IMG/VR virus record: IMGVR_UViG_3300012933_000135
Source of the DNA: an uncultured virus (IMG/VR IMGVR_UViG_3300012933_000135)
Lineage: Duplodnaviria > Heunggongvirae > Uroviricota > Caudoviricetes
Strand: one strand, 5' to 3'
Length of the DNA stretch: 64,000 bases
Shown here: positions 10,207 through 20,126 of the stretch, in pieces
Numbering within the stretch: position 1 is the stretch's first letter
Layout: every line of letters starts with the position of its first letter
The notes under the pieces: model-generated
Databases searched by the model: none
What the model was told of the DNA's origin: nothing
The model's input: the letters and a program-made list of their open reading frames with translations, nothing else
Made by a program: the position numbers and the translations under genes

Positions 10207-11657
10207 TGATTCACTTTTACGACGGTCAAATCCGTAGATATCTACTACAAACTATCAGAGTGTTTAGTAACTTCTCTGTCAAGCACGGTGATGGCACATT
10301 GCACCAAGTTCCAGTAGTGTACGGAGATGCTGATAGACAAGTTGCAAACATCTTGCGTCAAAACTCTGAAAATAAAATCAATTCTACTCCTCGAATTTCC
10401 ATCTACATTAATGGGCTTTCAATGGATAAAGACAGACTAGGTGACTCAAGTTACGTAGGCAAGGTTCATATTAGAGAACGTTTCTTTGACGAAGAAACTG
10501 GCCAATACACTAGTGGACAAGGTGAGAACTATACTGTTGAACGTATGATGCCAACACCATTTAAGTTGTCAATGAAGTGCGACATCTGGGCAGCTAATAC
10601 TGATCAAAAGTTACAATTACTCGAGCAGATTCTAGTGTTATTCAACCCAACACTCGAATTGCAAACAACTGATAATTATATCGACTGGACTAGCCTAAGT
10701 GTTTTAGAAATTACAGATCTAGCATGGAGCAGTAGATCAATTCCTGTCGGTCTTGATACTCCTATTGATCTTGCCACACTAACATTAGCAGCACCTATAT
10801 GGATTAATCCACCAGTTAAGGTCAAACAACTTGGTATTATTAGTGCAATTGTCACTAGCATCAATAACGGATTTGGTGAGCCTGAAGGATCATACATCGA
10901 CGGACTTGGACAAGATCCGTCGCCTGACAATTCCAGTGCAATGGGTGACTTGATAACTAAAGTTCATGCATCTATTCTTGGATACGGAGTGCAAGTATAC
11001 AACGGGCAAGCATTATTACTTGATAAACACGAAGGTGTATTGGCAAATAATAACCTAGTTGCACTGTCTGAAAAGATTGGCCCATCAATTAGCTGGCGTA
11101 CAATTCTCGACCAATACCCAGGCCAATACAAAGCAGGACTAAGCAAACTGTATCTTCTACAGCCATCAGGTACTGAAGTTTCAGGAACAGTTAGTTTAAA
11201 TCCATTGGACGAAAATATTCTAGTTGTTAACTGGGATACTGACACATATCCTACTAATAGTTCAATTGATGCAACTGGACCTAGAAGCAATAGTCCTGGC
11301 ACATTTGATGCAATTATTGACCCTACTACTAAAGGGCCAGGCGCAGGATTAAGCCTTCCTGTATCAGGTACACGCTACTTAATAGTAGAAGGTATCGGTG
11401 CCGTTGACAACGAAGATGGGCCAGATGCTTGGAAAAACGCAGATCAAAGTGACTTTGTTGCATATGAAAATGACGTTATCCAATGGAATGGGACACGTTG
11501 GGAAATTATATTCTCCGCTGCTAATAATCAAGAACCTGAGCAGCCTATCTATCAAACTAATATATACACTGGAGTACAATACAAGTGGGACGGTCTAGCA
11601 TGGACCAAGTCATTTGAAGGTGAATATAGAGAAGGTTCATGGAGATTAAGACTGTAA
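10206..11657 (+). CDS. gp15: Tail terminator / sheath stabiliser, T4 gp15-like, with extra C-terminal domain
   Basis: HFYDGQIRRY, VPVVYG, PRISI, MPTPFKL and LQLLEQILVLFNP. Confidence 0.85.
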   Translation: MIHFYDGQIRRYLLQTIRVFSNFSVKHGDGTLHQVPVVYGDADRQVANILRQNSENKINSTPRISIYINGLSMDKDRLGDSSYVGKVHIRERFFDEETGQYTSGQGENYTVERMMPTPFKLSMKCDIWAANTDQKLQLLEQILVLFNPTLELQTTDNYIDWTSLSVLEITDLAWSSRSIPVGLDTPIDLATLTLAAPIWINPPVKVKQLGIISAIVTSINNGFGEPEGSYIDGLGQDPSPDNSSAMGDLITKVHASILGYGVQVYNGQALLLDKHEGVLANNNLVALSEKIGPSISWRTILDQYPGQYKAGLSKLYLLQPSGTEVSGTVSLNPLDENILVVNWDTDTYPTNSSIDATGPRSNSPGTFDAIIDPTTKGPGAGLSLPVSGTRYLIVEGIGAVDNEDGPDAWKNADQSDFVAYENDVIQWNGTRWEIIFSAANNQEPEQPIYQTNIYTGVQYKWDGLAWTKSFEGEYREGSWRLRL

Positions 11658-12088
11658 CAGAACAAATCGTGTGTAGTGGTGCATTATTATATGCACGACA
11701 AACACACCGTTTTCTGTTGCTTCAAAAAGCCACAGGCAAGCATCAAGGTACATGGGGGCTTGTTGGTGGAACTAATCTAGCTGGAGAAAATCCATGGCAG
11801 GGTTTGCAGCGTGAGATACAGGAAGAAGTGGGTGCAATGCCCAATATTAAGAAGACTATCCCGTTAGAACAATTTGTATCTAATGATAGTGTTTTTAACT
11901 TTCACACATACTTTTGTGTAATCGAAAAAGAATTTATTCCAACACTAAGTTCAGAACATACTGCATGGGGTTGGTTTAATATCAAGGCTTTCCCTAAGCC
12001 AGTACATAGCGGGCTTGCACTTAGTCTGCGTAATAAAACTATTCAGACTAAGATACAAACCGTTATCGAAATAATCGATAGCCTTTAA
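11639..12088 (+). CDS. Nudix hydrolase
   Basis: Complete Nudix box GGTNLAGENPWQGLQREIQEEVG, plus SSEHTAWGW. Confidence 0.9.
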   Translation: MEIKTVTEQIVCSGALLYARQTHRFLLLQKATGKHQGTWGLVGGTNLAGENPWQGLQREIQEEVGAMPNIKKTIPLEQFVSNDSVFNFHTYFCVIEKEFIPTLSSEHTAWGWFNIKAFPKPVHSGLALSLRNKTIQTKIQTVIEIIDSL

Positions 12089-15000
12089 GCCTGCGCTTCG
12101 CCCCAACGTACAACAATGTTAGTTGGAATTGCGCCAGTACCTGATGCTCGATACACGTTAATCGCTAATACGTCAGGACCATTCGGATAAGTTCCACGAC
12201 CGCCTAGTGTAGTGTTAGTTAACTCTTTCAAATCTCCTAAGTCTAGAACAGACGCACTACCCGGAGCTGCAATGAACGAGAATACAGTTTCACCTGGCTG
12301 TGCATAAGGTGGCAAACCAAATTGGAATGTAAGAGTACTCGACGGAGCAATTGCCGCAATCGAACTTTGTGTAAAGTTAACACGATAGTAACTTGTTCCA
12401 CCGAAGCTAGATAGTGTTCCGATCGATTGTACTTTAGTACCCGACGGAAACTTTGCAACATCCACGATTTCAGTTCCAGTAGTTACTCCGTATCCACTAA
12501 CTAACGAATCCCAACTTGCTTGAGTGAAGTATAAGAACGATGTGTTAGTTCCGATAATTGCAGGAGTAAACGCAACTGTTGTATTGAATGCAACTGACGA
12601 AGTAGAGTTCTTGCTTAAACCAATTGTATAGTAAGGAATAAATGTAAACGTTACCGGAGTCGAAACTGCTAACGAGATTGACAGGTTAGTGTTAAATGTA
12701 ACAGTATAATAGTTCGTTCCATTAAATGTTTTTAGCGCACTAATTGTTGAGATCTGAGTACCTGGAGAAAATTTACCAGTATCATTAACAGTATTTCCAA
12801 CAACAGGAGTACCGATCGGTAACGCAGCCCAACTTGCTTGAGTAAAGTTTAATGTATTCGATCCACTCAATGCTTGCCCTGTTACAAATAACTGAGTAGT
12901 TGAAAGACGTGCATTGTTTACAACTGCGCCAGCGACAGTAAATGGACCAAAGTTCCCAGAAGTAAACGCATAACTTACTGTACTTGTTGTACATGCTGTA
13001 ACTACGTATGTTCCGTTAATAGCAGTAATACCTGCATTACCTGATACAGTAATACTGTCTCCAATGCTATATGGTGAATACGTTTGTGTGAAGCTAAACG
13101 TTAATGTCACGACGTTGTTAGTAAGTTGTACTCGCTGTGTATTTAAATTCGAAGTTACAGGGTTATGCGGTACTGTAGAGTTTGCACTAAACTGAACAGT
13201 ATAATAACTTTGTCCAGCAGCAACAGCAGGACCAGTTACACTAGTTACTGTTGTGCCTGCTGGGAAATCTGTACTTGAAATACCTTGACCAACTGCTCCG
13301 CTTAAAGCAGTCCAACTTGCTTGTGAAATGTACAGGTAGTTCACTCCAGCCGGTGTTTTAAATGCAGCACTTGCAGGAATTGTTGCATTACCAGTAATTC
13401 GACCTAAGGTAGTTGCAACTGGATTTGGATTTGCAGTAATAGATGAAATTGTAGTTCCGCTTGGGAATCTAGTTTCGCTAGCTGCTACAGAAAAACCAAG
13501 TCCTGCGCCTAATGTATCCCAGCTGGCTTTAGTTGCATAAATTGTACTTGCGCCAAGTGGCGAAGTAAACAATGAATTATTTGGAACAGATGCATTACCA
13601 GTTAATGCCGCTGTTGTAGTTGCTGTACTTGTCGTTACAGTTGCACCGCCTGCCCATGATACAGAACCACCAGGAGCAACTTGTGCGAACGATGGCTGAC
13701 CGCCTGCTGAACTTCCTGCTAAACCTGACCATGTAATTGCAGTAGGGTCAGTTGGGTAGTTTTGTGGGTTCAATACACCTTCAACAACTAGACCACCTGT
13801 ACCTGTATCCGAAGTCACAGCGATTGATTTTAATAGTAACTGAGCTCTATTAATTAATTCTCTATCGCCTAAATCACCAATGATAGCATTACTTACACTA
13901 GGTGCTAATCGAATTAAGAACGCTGTCTGTTTAGTAGTAGACGCTTGAATACCGGTAGATGCATAGTTAAACAAATATCCACGATCTTCGTCAAATCGTC
14001 CGTCTGTCAACATCGCAGAACCCCAGTGGCTAATAATAGGACTGATAGTGTTGCTAATTAAAATTACACCAGTATTATATTCATGCGTTGCGGCCGAGCC
14101 TGCTCTAAATGTTCTCTGTGCACCGCCTACGAAATTAATCATAGGAGCTGCTCTTGTACATCCAACTAACGTATTACCTACTTTACCACTAAACTGAATT
14201 AGTTCATTGTCAATATAAACAATGCCTGCTTCGTTAGGAAATGCACTTGCATCAACTAGCGGTATTGTTGTGTGCGTTGCTGAAATAGAATTTAATAGTT
14301 TTCCAGTTGCGCCTTCGTTGATAACTTCGTAACGTACCGGCATGTTACCAGTTCTCATATAAGCTTCTGTGTTTACGTTACTGTTACGCATACGGTGAGC
14401 AAATACATAGTTACCGTCTGATCCTCTTAACATGAAGTCAATAAAACCTGCACCGTACCATGACCATTGCATACCAATCATCTGCATTTTAGTAATATCT
14501 AAGTTGTATCCGCTTGGGCCAGTGCCGTCTAAACGATCTAAGTTAAATTCACTTTGATTTACAATTAAATCTTGTACTAGACAAACTTTAGCTTGTACTG
14601 CATTCGATGCACCACGATAATCTGGAGTTACTGTCAGCTGGGTTTGACTTTGCACGTTAGATACAACGTGTGTCATACCTTTGATAACAATTCTATCACC
14701 TGCTTTAACTTGGTCACGGAAACGAGTATTTGTTCCAGTTACTAAGTTTGTGTCTTTAGCAATGTTTGAAACACCTGACAATTGCAAAGTACTTGAACGA
14801 CGTCCAACTGCAAGCTGCTTGCCGTCATACTGCCAGAACATTCCGTTTTGATCATCGAATGTGCCTGCACGTACTGTTGCTCCGTGCCAATTTAAAATTG
14901 ACATTTGAGCCGATGTAGTAATTGAGCCTATTACGTTTGATAACGTAGTAGTTGCTTGAATCTTAAACTGACGTTCGTTTATAACGTCTGCAATAGTATA

Positions 15001-18000
15001 CTCGCCGTTATACCCAGCTGTGTCAACACCGATGATCTTAATGCGGCCACCTACTTGACATCCGTGATCAACATCGTCAGTGGTAACTGTAATGTAAGAG
15101 CCAATTGTTAGTCCAGTTGAACTGATTGCTTGCAAGTTATAGCTCGGCGCAAACAGAGCACCTGTTGTGTACATAATGCCTTTACCAGACTGGTAACGAA
15201 TGTACTTCTTGCTCATACGAATTGCTTGTACGCCGTGTTGTGGGCCGCCTGTGCCTAACTGTACGCCGCCATCGTATGGTCTGTGGATGAAGTAACTGTC
15301 TGGTCTTGAATAGATAATACCAGTTAGTGTTGATCCAGTGTCGATAGCACCACTTGTTCTTGCAGTATATCTAAGTGTAGTTGGGCTAGGAACTGATTCT
15401 ACATAGAACGGACCTTTAGCAAATCCGTGATTAGTTCCAGTACTTGTAATATCTACTAGTAAACTTGCGCCCGGAACTAATCCGTGATTTGTTGCAAATG
15501 TTGCTTGGATAGTTGCAATCGCTGCGGTAGTAATAGTTGTAGCATCTGGAATAGGTGCTGTTGTAATGTCGCTTAAGGCAACTGCTGAATAAAAATCAAC
15601 TGATGATCCAAGCACGGCTGTACCAACACCGGATGCAGTGTTTACTGGTCCAGTGCCAAATCCTACTCCGGTAACTGTAATTACAATATCGTTAGTTGAA
15701 TCAACGCCGTCAAAATTAGATCCTAAGATTCTAATCTTATCATTAATTTCATATCCTGTGCCTGGCACGTTGACAACAACAGAAGTATACTCGCCTTCAT
15801 CTCTAGTAATATCAAACGAAGCTCCGGTGCCTGGTGTAATCTTTGTGCCTGCTAATCCTGTAAAGGTAGTATCAGTTGTACCAGGTAAGCCTGATGTATT
15901 ATATGTTAATATTGCGCCGCCTGCGCCTGACGCAGAAGTAACTTCAATTGTTAAATCGTTAGTTCCGTCCTCACCGCCTAGTACACTTCCAAGAATAGTT
16001 AACTGTTCACCAAAGCTATATGTTGCTCCACCGTCTAGCATAATAACATCATACACTCCGCCGCTAGTTGCAATATCAAATGTTGCGCCAGCGCCTGAGC
16101 CGTTAGTTGAAGATTGGCCAATGCTAGTATATGAACGTTCACCGTTTACACTATTTCCAGAAACAAACTCTACTCCAGTTATAACGCCCTGTACAATAGT
16201 TCCTACCCCAGTTATTGCTGAGATAGTATCAATTTCACCAAGACCGGTTGCAAGGCCAGCAATGTTTCCAATAGTATCAATCGATGTTGCAATATCAGCA
16301 GTAACTTCAAATGTTAGATCATTGTCGCCTAGTGCGCCGCCTAAGTTGTCTCCGAAGATAGTAATAATTTCACCGACAACATAATCAATACCAGCGATTA
16401 CAACTGTTACTGAATACGTATCGCCTGTTCTAGTAACATCAAATGTTGCGCCGTTACCGATGCCAGTTGAAGTAGATTGTGACAGACCTGAATAAGTTTT
16501 TCTAACGGTAACAACTGAAAATGTTGCATCATTTGTAGTGTCAACGCCGCCTAGATGCGAACCTAAAATTGACAATTGATCGCTCGGAGCAAAATCAGTT
16601 CCACGATCTGTTACTGTTGCTGTGTAAGCACCTTCTGGATCGATTAATACGTCAAACGTTGCATTTGAACCAAGACCATTTGTATTATCATAAGGAACGT
16701 CAAGGAAGGTATCAATATTAGTAACTGTTGTTACTTTGATAATTGCATTATTTGCTGGAGCAAGGCCTTCTAAGCTAGAGCCTAAGAAGACAAATCTAGT
16801 TCCTGCTACATAGTTTGTTCCGCCAGCTACTACTTGAGGGTTAGTATATACTCCGGCAATTCGATCAAGCGTGAATTCAGCATCAGCACCCGGAGCACCG
16901 ATGTTAGTTCCTTCAATATTTAAATATGTTTGAGTTGTACCTGCTTTAAATGCTGTCAGAGGTTGTGTTAATAAAATATCGTTGCCGTCAACGCCACCAA
17001 CAAACACTGCGGTTCCTGTTCCATTGTCTAGCGCCATACCTTCTAAAATACCAGAAGCATTTGATACAGAAATTACAGTATCGCCGATGTCTGCTGGGCC
17101 AGCAACTGTAGCAGTGACTGCTAGACCGCCAGGACCAACTGTTCCAGAAATCTGAGTGCCACTATTAATGCCAGTGCCGGTTATCGGAGCACCAAGTGGG
17201 GGCAATGCTCCTAAAACTGCAACCTGATCTGTTCCAGCGGAGGTTGCGAATTTTGAAGTAAATGTAGTTACTACACCGTTACTGTAAACGCTTAGTGCTG
17301 GTTGTCCAATTGCTGCTCCAGTGTAGAACGCTCCTTTACGTAGCTGCGTGTAAGTAGTTGCAAGAATTTGTCCGTTACTAGTTCCTACTTTAGCAGTTGC
17401 ATAATATGTAAATGTTGTCGGAGATGGAACACTAATAATAATAAAAGTACCTTCTGCACGACTAAATCCAGAAATAGTGTTAGCTAATGATCTAATAGTG
17501 ATAGGAGTGCCAGTAATAAAGCCGTGTGCGCTTTGTGTTGTTACTGTAATTAACGACTCACCGATGCCGCCTGTGCCTTCAGATGCGTCAGTTACTACTG
17601 TTAGTACTTGTGTATCAGTTCCCGGGATTTCGTACACAGACGGATAGCCTCGAGCAACGCCAATTGCCTGCCACTTTGTTGGCTGCAATCCGTATTCAAA
17701 GTCAGCGTCTAGCATCGACTGAGGCTGTGCAACTCGCATACGTTCAATTGCGTCAGTTCCAAAGTCGTACGGTCTAGTCTTTTGTTCTTCTGCTTCTACA
17801 AAAATCTGAACATCATCTGTAATTGAACATGTACTAGTATCAGCTTTTAATGTTAGTGTTGTAACATAGTCAGTAGTTTGTAAGAAGGCCGGATAATCTG
17901 CGTCGCTATCATTTCCGTTAGAGTTATGCGGAGAATCAAATGTTGCAATTGCCCCAAGTGTGGAATCACTAAAGTTGTACAAGAACTGATTATTACTTGC

Positions 18001-19113
18001 GTTAGTAATTAATAATAGTTTGTCAAGATCGTATTTGCCTTGAATCTTAATAGTACTAACTCCATTGACTAGCGCCGGCACACTGCCTAACCCGTTCTGA
18101 ATTACATCTAATAATGTTCCAGTTAACGATGTTATTCTATCGTCTGCTCCAGCTTCGCCAAGCAGGCCACCCAGTGATTGAATAGGATAATCTTCTTGAA
18201 GTGGAACATACACTAATGACCCGGTAAAGATAGTCTGATTAATCAAGTCTCTTATAAATGTATGCGTTACAATTTCTGGTTGTCTGTCGCCATCTACTTG
18301 TGGACGCTCGCCGTCCCAGTATCTACTTGCGATTAATCTAATCTTTGCATTGCCACCGTAGCGAATATCATTTAGGTACGAGTCAATTACATAGCCCATG
18401 TCACGTTCGCACTTGGCGCTATCGTATGAATAGCCTGCAAAGTTATAGGCTGAATATACTGTAGTCGGCAGTGTCGACAATCCGCCGTTAATTACATTTG
18501 ATACAATTGTTGATAACGAAGTTGCTTGAGTTACTGCACTTAATTCTGCTGCACTACCTGACGTATCCTGTGTGCTAGTTACAGGAGATTGATCTGATGG
18601 TGTATATGCAATGTTTAGTAATATAAATCCGATGATCAAGTTCCACAGCTTTACTTGGATTGCTGTCTCAACTGGCAAATTGATAACTTGAACAACACCA
18701 CTTAGGTAATATTGCTTTGCAACTTCAGATACTCGTTCATTGCCGCCGTAGCGCAGATCATAAATTAATGCGTCAATAAGATAACCCATGTCACGCTTAC
18801 ATTTTGCAATCTCAGTTGCACCGTAAGTGTATCCATAGAAGGTAGTACCTACAGATGCTGCTGCAACTTGTGCAGTAGTCCATGCTGATATCTCATCTAA
18901 GATAAAAGTTTTATTGTTTGTTATTAAAGAAACTGCTAGCGGGTATACATTTTGTGCAGTGTCTGCAACAATTCTTCCTGCAATAAAAGCATTTGCTTCT
19001 TTTTTAATAAACGTCTTATTTGACTGTAATAAAGAATACGCATTTGGGAAGGCATTGCTATCGCTAGATACCCCTGGTAAAAAAACGTAATTTGCTATTC
19101 TTTTCTTTGACAT
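12085..19113 (-). CDS. Giant modular virion fibre/appendage protein (2342 aa)
   Basis: Gly/Thr/Ser-rich. Two N-terminal CxRDxGY helical repeats, five ~80-aa 'GATFDV...LGG...ND' repeats, and a lectin-like segment (MIGMQWSWYGAG). Late promoter at 19132-19138 and a GGAGA RBS. Confidence 0.8.
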   Translation of the reverse strand: MSKKRIANYVFLPGVSSDSNAFPNAYSLLQSNKTFIKKEANAFIAGRIVADTAQNVYPLAVSLITNNKTFILDEISAWTTAQVAAASVGTTFYGYTYGATEIAKCKRDMGYLIDALIYDLRYGGNERVSEVAKQYYLSGVVQVINLPVETAIQVKLWNLIIGFILLNIAYTPSDQSPVTSTQDTSGSAAELSAVTQATSLSTIVSNVINGGLSTLPTTVYSAYNFAGYSYDSAKCERDMGYVIDSYLNDIRYGGNAKIRLIASRYWDGERPQVDGDRQPEIVTHTFIRDLINQTIFTGSLVYVPLQEDYPIQSLGGLLGEAGADDRITSLTGTLLDVIQNGLGSVPALVNGVSTIKIQGKYDLDKLLLITNASNNQFLYNFSDSTLGAIATFDSPHNSNGNDSDADYPAFLQTTDYVTTLTLKADTSTCSITDDVQIFVEAEEQKTRPYDFGTDAIERMRVAQPQSMLDADFEYGLQPTKWQAIGVARGYPSVYEIPGTDTQVLTVVTDASEGTGGIGESLITVTTQSAHGFITGTPITIRSLANTISGFSRAEGTFIIISVPSPTTFTYYATAKVGTSNGQILATTYTQLRKGAFYTGAAIGQPALSVYSNGVVTTFTSKFATSAGTDQVAVLGALPPLGAPITGTGINSGTQISGTVGPGGLAVTATVAGPADIGDTVISVSNASGILEGMALDNGTGTAVFVGGVDGNDILLTQPLTAFKAGTTQTYLNIEGTNIGAPGADAEFTLDRIAGVYTNPQVVAGGTNYVAGTRFVFLGSSLEGLAPANNAIIKVTTVTNIDTFLDVPYDNTNGLGSNATFDVLIDPEGAYTATVTDRGTDFAPSDQLSILGSHLGGVDTTNDATFSVVTVRKTYSGLSQSTSTGIGNGATFDVTRTGDTYSVTVVIAGIDYVVGEIITIFGDNLGGALGDNDLTFEVTADIATSIDTIGNIAGLATGLGEIDTISAITGVGTIVQGVITGVEFVSGNSVNGERSYTSIGQSSTNGSGAGATFDIATSGGVYDVIMLDGGATYSFGEQLTILGSVLGGEDGTNDLTIEVTSASGAGGAILTYNTSGLPGTTDTTFTGLAGTKITPGTGASFDITRDEGEYTSVVVNVPGTGYEINDKIRILGSNFDGVDSTNDIVITVTGVGFGTGPVNTASGVGTAVLGSSVDFYSAVALSDITTAPIPDATTITTAAIATIQATFATNHGLVPGASLLVDITSTGTNHGFAKGPFYVESVPSPTTLRYTARTSGAIDTGSTLTGIIYSRPDSYFIHRPYDGGVQLGTGGPQHGVQAIRMSKKYIRYQSGKGIMYTTGALFAPSYNLQAISSTGLTIGSYITVTTDDVDHGCQVGGRIKIIGVDTAGYNGEYTIADVINERQFKIQATTTLSNVIGSITTSAQMSILNWHGATVRAGTFDDQNGMFWQYDGKQLAVGRRSSTLQLSGVSNIAKDTNLVTGTNTRFRDQVKAGDRIVIKGMTHVVSNVQSQTQLTVTPDYRGASNAVQAKVCLVQDLIVNQSEFNLDRLDGTGPSGYNLDITKMQMIGMQWSWYGAGFIDFMLRGSDGNYVFAHRMRNSNVNTEAYMRTGNMPVRYEVINEGATGKLLNSISATHTTIPLVDASAFPNEAGIVYIDNELIQFSGKVGNTLVGCTRAAPMINFVGGAQRTFRAGSAATHEYNTGVILISNTISPIISHWGSAMLTDGRFDEDRGYLFNYASTGIQASTTKQTAFLIRLAPSVSNAIIGDLGDRELINRAQLLLKSIAVTSDTGTGGLVVEGVLNPQNYPTDPTAITWSGLAGSSAGGQPSFAQVAPGGSVSWAGGATVTTSTATTTAALTGNASVPNNSLFTSPLGASTIYATKASWDTLGAGLGFSVAASETRFPSGTTISSITANPNPVATTLGRITGNATIPASAAFKTPAGVNYLYISQASWTALSGAVGQGISSTDFPAGTTVTSVTGPAVAAGQSYYTVQFSANSTVPHNPVTSNLNTQRVQLTNNVVTLTFSFTQTYSPYSIGDSITVSGNAGITAINGTYVVTACTTSTVSYAFTSGNFGPFTVAGAVVNNARLSTTQLFVTGQALSGSNTLNFTQASWAALPIGTPVVGNTVNDTGKFSPGTQISTISALKTFNGTNYYTVTFNTNLSISLAVSTPVTFTFIPYYTIGLSKNSTSSVAFNTTVAFTPAIIGTNTSFLYFTQASWDSLVSGYGVTTGTEIVDVAKFPSGTKVQSIGTLSSFGGTSYYRVNFTQSSIAAIAPSSTLTFQFGLPPYAQPGETVFSFIAAPGSASVLDLGDLKELTNTTLGGRGTYPNGPDVLAINVYRASGTGAIPTNIVVRWGEAQA

Positions 19114-19134
19114 TTATATCTCCAAGTCTTATAT

Positions 19135-19635
19135 TTATGAGAGCGCTACTGCGAAGGCTGCTGCCAATGATCTAACATTTTGTCCGCCGACATACAAGTC
19201 GTTAACTGCGGATAGTGTAGTAAATACACCAGCAGCCGGTGTAGTACTTCCAATATTAATGTTATCCAATGAGCCAAGTGTGCCAGATGCAATTACAATT
19301 GCGCCAGTTGCGCTAACACTGACTGTAGTTGAATCAATACTAACATTGCTGTTAATAGTTGTAAGGTCTGCTGTTAAATTAATATCAGCAGTAGTTGTTA
19401 GGTTTAAGTCAGTTGTTGTATTAACTGCTAATCGAGATAATGTGCCTAATTGAGTTAAGCTACTATTAACCACAGTGCCAGCTAACGTAGTTGAACTTAA
19501 TACATCCTCGCCGTCGATTTTTAAGGAACCAGTAGCGTCAAGACTTGTTACTGAGAAATTGCCGTTCTCGTCAACTACGAAGCCTGGACTTTTAAAACCG
19601 TTGTCTGAAGAAAACTGCTTATATGTAACTGTCAT
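19135..19635 (-). CDS. Short fibre-like structural protein
   Basis: Contains VVNSSLTQLGTL and IGSTTPAAGVFTTL fibre motifs. Hydrophobic C-terminus AAAFAVALS. Confidence 0.65.
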   Translation of the reverse strand: MTVTYKQFSSDNGFKSPGFVVDENGNFSVTSLDATGSLKIDGEDVLSSTTLAGTVVNSSLTQLGTLSRLAVNTTTDLNLTTTADINLTADLTTINSNVSIDSTTVSVSATGAIVIASGTLGSLDNINIGSTTPAAGVFTTLSAVNDLYVGGQNVRSLAAAFAVALS

Positions 19636-19637
19636 AA

Positions 19638-20033
19638 TTAGTTAGGTTGGTTAGGATTTAGAGTTTGATAGTAAGATGCACTTAGTATCAGTTTGCTAGT
19701 ATCACCGATCGGATTTGCAATTAGGATCAATTTAGAATTAGTAACTTCGGCAGTAATTGAAACTAAACTTACATCTAAATCAGTACGTCCATAAATGGTA
19801 ACTGCTGCTTTTGATGGTCCTGCAACTACTAAACATTTGATGATTTCTTTTTCGCCAGTACTGCGATCCACTGCAATAGTGTAATCTGCCGACATAAAGT
19901 CACCTACATACCAACTGTCGATTACCGTATCTGCATGAACTGTAACCCATGGGCCGGCGTAGGAAAAGTTAGTTCCATTTATTAGCTTTAGGGTCTTATT
20001 CAGCCCTTTTAGGAAAAAATTAGTAATATTCAT
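19638..20033 (-). CDS. Hypothetical virion protein
   Basis: 131-aa beta-rich ORF (IDSW...SADYTI) behind late promoter CTAAATA at 20049-20055. Confidence 0.65.
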   Translation of the reverse strand: MNITNFFLKGLNKTLKLINGTNFSYAGPWVTVHADTVIDSWYVGDFMSADYTIAVDRSTGEKEIIKCLVVAGPSKAAVTIYGRTDLDVSLVSITAEVTNSKLILIANPIGDTSKLILSASYYQTLNPNQPN

Positions 20034-20126
20034 GCTCGGCCTCTTACATATTTAGCCTAGTCAAAACTCTTGCTTTGCTTTGCAAAATGTGCTAAATTAT
20101 AGTGTATTATAATTATAGGACTAACA

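Noticed and set aside
15638..16384. 248-aa plus-strand ORF, and many similar antisense ORFs (e.g. 7436-7879, 38490-38870, 57737-58357, 60788-61276)
   Set aside because: Shadows of well-supported genes on the other strand, with no RBS, promoter or recognisable motifs.
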